This document shows positions 59,910-64,000 of a stretch of DNA of 64,000 nucleotides, one piece after another (the first letter of the stretch is position 1; the number at the start of each line of letters is the position of its first letter). The notes beneath the pieces were generated by a model, which did not search any database, was not told where the DNA came from, and saw only the letters and a program-made list of their open reading frames with translations. The DNA is from Octopus vulgaris. Taxonomy: Eukaryota. Location of the stretch: positions 12,834,001 to 12,898,000 of the forward strand of contig OX597826.1 of the NCBI GenBank assembly GCA_951406725.2, written 5' to 3'. A program made the translations under genes and the position numbers.

Positions 59910-60713
59910 TCTTAAAGGGTTTAGTCGAACAAGCTGATCCCGGTTCTGTTTTTATTTTTAAACCTGGTACTTATTCTATAGTTGTTCTTTTATTGATGTT
60001 GCGTTACGGGGAGGTTAACAAACCGACACCGGTTGTCAAGCGGTGGAGGGTGGACAAACACAAACGTAACGACAGACAGACAGACACACACACACATGCA
60101 TATATATTTATGTCCGTGTGCGTGCGTGACTGAGTGTGTATATATTTGACGAGCTTCTTTCAGTTTCCATCAACTATGTCCACTCAAAGAGATTTGGTCG
60201 GCCGGAGCTAGAGTGGAAGACATCTGCCGAAAGAGCCATGCTGTGAGATTGAACCCAGAACCATGGGGTTGGAAAGCGTACTTCTTATCACACAGACAGG
60301 CCTGTGCTTATCTCTTTTACTATTTTACTCTTTTACTTGTTTCAGTCATTTGACTGCAGCTATGCTAGAGCACCGTCTTTAGTTGAGCAAGTCGATTCCA
60401 GGACTTATTCTATCGGTCTTTTTTGCCGAACAGCTAAGTTACGGGGACATAAACATACCACCATCGTTTGCTAAGCGATGTTGGGGGGTGGGGTGCAAAC
60501 ACAGACACACAAACATATGCACACAGATACATATATACATACATATATACGACGGGCTTCTTTCAGTTTCCGTCTACCAAATCCACTCACAAGGCTTTGG
60601 TCGGCCCGAGGCTATAGTAGAAGACACTTGCCCAAGGTGCCACGCAGTGGGAATGAACCCATAACCATGTGGTTGTTAAGCAAGCTACTTACCACACAGC
60701 CACTCCTGTGCCT
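59910..60713 (-). mobile_element. Two tandem group B SINEs (older 59910-60305, younger 60310-60713)
   Basis: Both match the group B consensus at different divergence. Confidence 0.85.
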
Positions 60714-61372
60714 ATGTTCACAAACGACTTGCATTCTAAACTTTTTTTCCAAATTAATACTTTCCACGTTAAAGTTTTTTCGTCTGTTCGCTTGTTTTTA
60801 TTTTTCTCTTCTTTTTGTCTCCCCGATTTATCAGTAATTGATTTTCGTTACAACTATACATCCTTTCTGACAGCCATTTTAAAATTTTCATTTTGCTCTC
60901 TTGGTGAGATGCTATTACATTCCAGATGAGCAGCCAACGTGTTACAGAGTATAAATATAAGGACTTCCTCATATTGCTAGCAAAAAAGCTTTTGGTCTTT
61001 TTTTTCTTTCCGGTGGGTCTCTTGTATTGTTTTTCTTTTCTTTCATAATCGGCACTGTACTATTTTCCCCTCTATTTACTATTTAGCAGTTTATTCTGGT
61101 ATACTTAGTAATTCATTGAGTTCTTTAACAGTCTCATAAATACTGATTAGTTATTTCAAGCAGAAAATTGTTGCGGAGTTTGGTAATTCCGGAAGTTTTC
61201 TAGTTTATAGCAGATTTTATCGTGAATGCCTCACTAGTCACGTAGGGTCTTGCTTGCACTGTTATTGCATTCTTCAGTTCCTTCTCGTATATTACGATCT
61301 TTGAATGGATAGAATGTTTGCTTGTTGTTGTTGCTGCTGTTGCTGCTGCTGTTGTTGTTGTTGTTGTTGTCA

Positions 61373-61557
61373 TGGCGGCGAGCTGGCAGAATCGATAGCA
61401 TTTCATCCGTGCTTGTGTTCTGAGTTGAAACACCACCGAGTACGAATCTTCATCTTTTCGGGGTAGATGAATTAAGTACCAGTTGCGTACTGGGATCGAT
61501 CTATCGACTGGCCTCCCTACCCAAAAAATTTGAGTCTGGTGCCTAGAGTAGAAAAGA
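61373..61557 (+). mobile_element. Group A SINE
   Basis: ggcggcgagctggcagaatcg...aagtaccagttgcgtactggg. Confidence 0.8.
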
Positions 61558-62030
61558 TTATTATTATTATACAGTAGTTTTATTTTTATAGCGTGCTTTC
61601 ACTTCACTACCGAGCGCAAAGTTTCTCCGTTTCTTTTAGAGACACGTTGTCATCTGCTGGTATTGATACATCAATTAGAAAGCATTTTTCCCTTCATGAT
61701 CTCTGACAACTATATCTGGTCTGTTGGCTTTGATTTCTCTATCTGTGTGTATTGGCATATCCCAGAGTATGGTTGCTTTCTCGTTTTCTGTGACCTTTTC
61801 TGTTGTGTGCCTATACCATCTTTTTTCTGTTGTTATTCCATAATGTTGGCATAGCTTCTAGTGTATGTAGGTCCCAACTCTGTGGTGTCTGTGAATATAT
61901 TCCTTCTTAGCCAGGACTGGGCAGCCAGAGATAATATGATTTATTGTTTCTTGTCCATTTCCACATTCTGCAGTTACTTGTTATGCTTCTTTTCATTATG
62001 TTTTTGGTAATTTCTAGTGTTTGTATGCGT
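61558..62030 (-). mobile_element. R4/Dong-like non-LTR retrotransposon 3' end (zinc knuckle and restriction-like endonuclease)
   Basis: QETINHIISGCPVLAKKEYIHRHHRV...TILWDMPIHTDREIKANRPDIVVRD...FLIDVSIPADDNVSLKETEK; 3' end runs into (TAA)n. Confidence 0.88.
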
Positions 62031-62038
62031 TATCTCTT

Positions 62039-62107
<69 letters not shown>

Positions 62108-62368
62108 TTCTTTCTCTCTGGGTTGGAGAGAGCTCTTCTCTATATAGAGAACACTACGAAGTGCTCAAGAGATTTGAAGTTGAGCAGGCAGAGGTATAAA
62201 TGTAAAGTCAGACAAGTTAGTCAAGTCGATTTACACAGAATATTAAATACATTTAATACAAAAACGATGTACATGTGTATGGATATAAAAGAGTCCGACT
62301 TAAACAGAATATAAATGATATCAGGAGTTAAGTGTATTGGTTAGTGATTCCATAAAATATAAACTTAC

Positions 62369-62637
62369 TTGTGGATGGCGCCTTATAAGAATTGCAGTTT
62401 TTGGTTGGGCGAAGGTTCATGTAGACGTCGCAATTGCTAGTTGACCAGAGGCAACAATGATAGTAAGGAATCACATCCCAGACCCAATGAGATAGTTGTG
62501 GTACATGGTTTACTTTTGCGTAAGGATAGGCACCAAAAGCTGCAGCTTTGTCTGGAGTACTGCCATGATGGGAATCTCTGCTGTAAATTAGACTTCCATC
62601 TTTACGATAGCAGCATTGGTTCCCTGCAGCTCTCTTC
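62369..62637 (-). CDS. SUSD2/Mesh-like gene, internal exon A: C-terminal half of AMOP domain
   Basis: Acceptor ttttttattacag, donor gtaagt. Translates [89 protein letters not shown], matching the AMOP pattern QCCY...GSTPD...SHW..DV..YY.CC.W...C..Y...RP...C..Y. Confidence 0.92.
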
Positions 62638-62676
62638 CTGTAATAAAAAATATTTGGTTAACAACATCAATGTCTG

Positions 62677-62710
<34 letters not shown>

Positions 62711-62762
62711 TGTATGTATGTATGTATATATGTATGTATGCATGAACATATATATATGTATA

Positions 62763-62821
<59 letters not shown>

Positions 62822-62825
<4 letters not shown>

Positions 62826-63010
62826 AGAATTCACAAAAAAACATAACACGAAGACAGGTGGTGTAGACAACAAACAGATGTATTAGTATAACGCTCGAGA
62901 AGTGAAAAGGTCTTTAACGTTTCGAGCCTATGCTCTTCCACAGAAACGAACACAGAAAGAAACAAGGACAGAAAACAAAGAATGTATAGTGGCTAGCGAT
63001 CTATCATGAC
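62822..63010 (-). mobile_element. Penelope-like 3' terminal fragment with variant hammerhead
   Basis: Reverse strand ttctgtggaagagcataggctcgaaacgttaaag; same family as 5875-6040. Confidence 0.6.
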
Positions 63011-63338
63011 GAATATTTATGTGAGTTTGTATATATATATATGTAGGTACTGAGGTATATATATTTCTTCTAGCAAATTAAAAGACTTCGTAGAGGTTCT
63101 CTCGTTCGCTCATGTGTTTTTTAAGTGGTTTACTTAGATGAAGGAAAGATTAGGCTGACTTGAGTCAAAGTAACAACAGCAAACGTTTAAATACAACCTG
63201 CTTGTTATCCTCGGAATATTTTCTTTTTACAGATGTTTTCAACCAAGCCAATCCTGAGTGAGTAGACAGAGCTATGATTGAATGTATTCCAACCATGACC
63301 ACCCTGTCGTTCTGAGAAGTATTAATATCTCTCTCTCC

Positions 63339-63385
<47 letters not shown>

Positions 63386-63408
63386 ATATGAGTCTATGTA
63401 TATTTTTA

Positions 63409-63480
63409 TTAATATTTAGCAGATGCAACAGAGTGACTCTCGGACCTTGAGTCACTCTGTTACCTCTGCTAAATATTAAT
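63409..63480. repeat. 72-bp near-perfect palindrome
   Basis: attaatatttagcaga.aacagagtgactc / gagtcactctgtt.tctgctaaatattaat. Confidence 0.9.
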
Positions 63481-63489
63481 GTATATATG

Positions 63490-63604
<115 letters not shown>

Positions 63605-63607
63605 TAG

Positions 63608-63660
<53 letters not shown>

Positions 63661-64000
63661 ATAAAGAATTACTCTATCAGATGTCTCTTTCGTATTTGCA
63701 GACATAAGGTTGTAATTTAAAGGAAATTTGCGGCCTTTCTTTTGCAGGCCAAAGGACCAAATTTCCTCATCAATTAGCAACAACAATTTATCGCATTTTT
63801 AAAAAGATTATTGCAAGGAATATGAGTATGGAACTTTTAATCACATAGGGATAAGCTAGATACGTAAATTCACTCAAAGTACGTCTAATATATGTAACTT
63901 GCCTTCTAAATCTGATGTGATTCTTGACAAAAATATCAAGAATATAGCCCGCTGAATCTGCAAGACAACGTCTCTAAATACCCGTTTGATCTGCTGAAGG

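Overview
AT-rich, microsatellite-dense eukaryotic DNA. The SINE repertoire resembles that of octopus/coleoid cephalopods; this is recognition, not a database result. Almost all ORFs in the supplied track are microsatellite or repeat artefacts. Manual splicing reveals one real gene on the minus strand: nine coding exons (62637 down to 22306) with consistent GT-AG phases. They encode the C-terminal half of a SUSD2/Mesh-like type I membrane protein (AMOP, VWD with GDPH, sushi-like, TM, short tail); the 5' exons lie beyond the window. The rest is transposon landscape: a CR1-type LINE, R4/Dong RLE fragments, a Penelope-like GIY-YIG element, a very decayed Gypsy pol, mariner remnants, Merlin- and Tc2-like MITEs, two non-autonomous Helitrons, a solo LTR and three tRNA-SINE groups with shuffled modules. 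The most striking signal is a set of sequence-unrelated type I hammerhead ribozymes (three with canonical cores, several with variant cores). They repeatedly sit at the apex of fold-back inverted duplications, mostly next to (TA)n tracts. All folds and alignments were done by eye.
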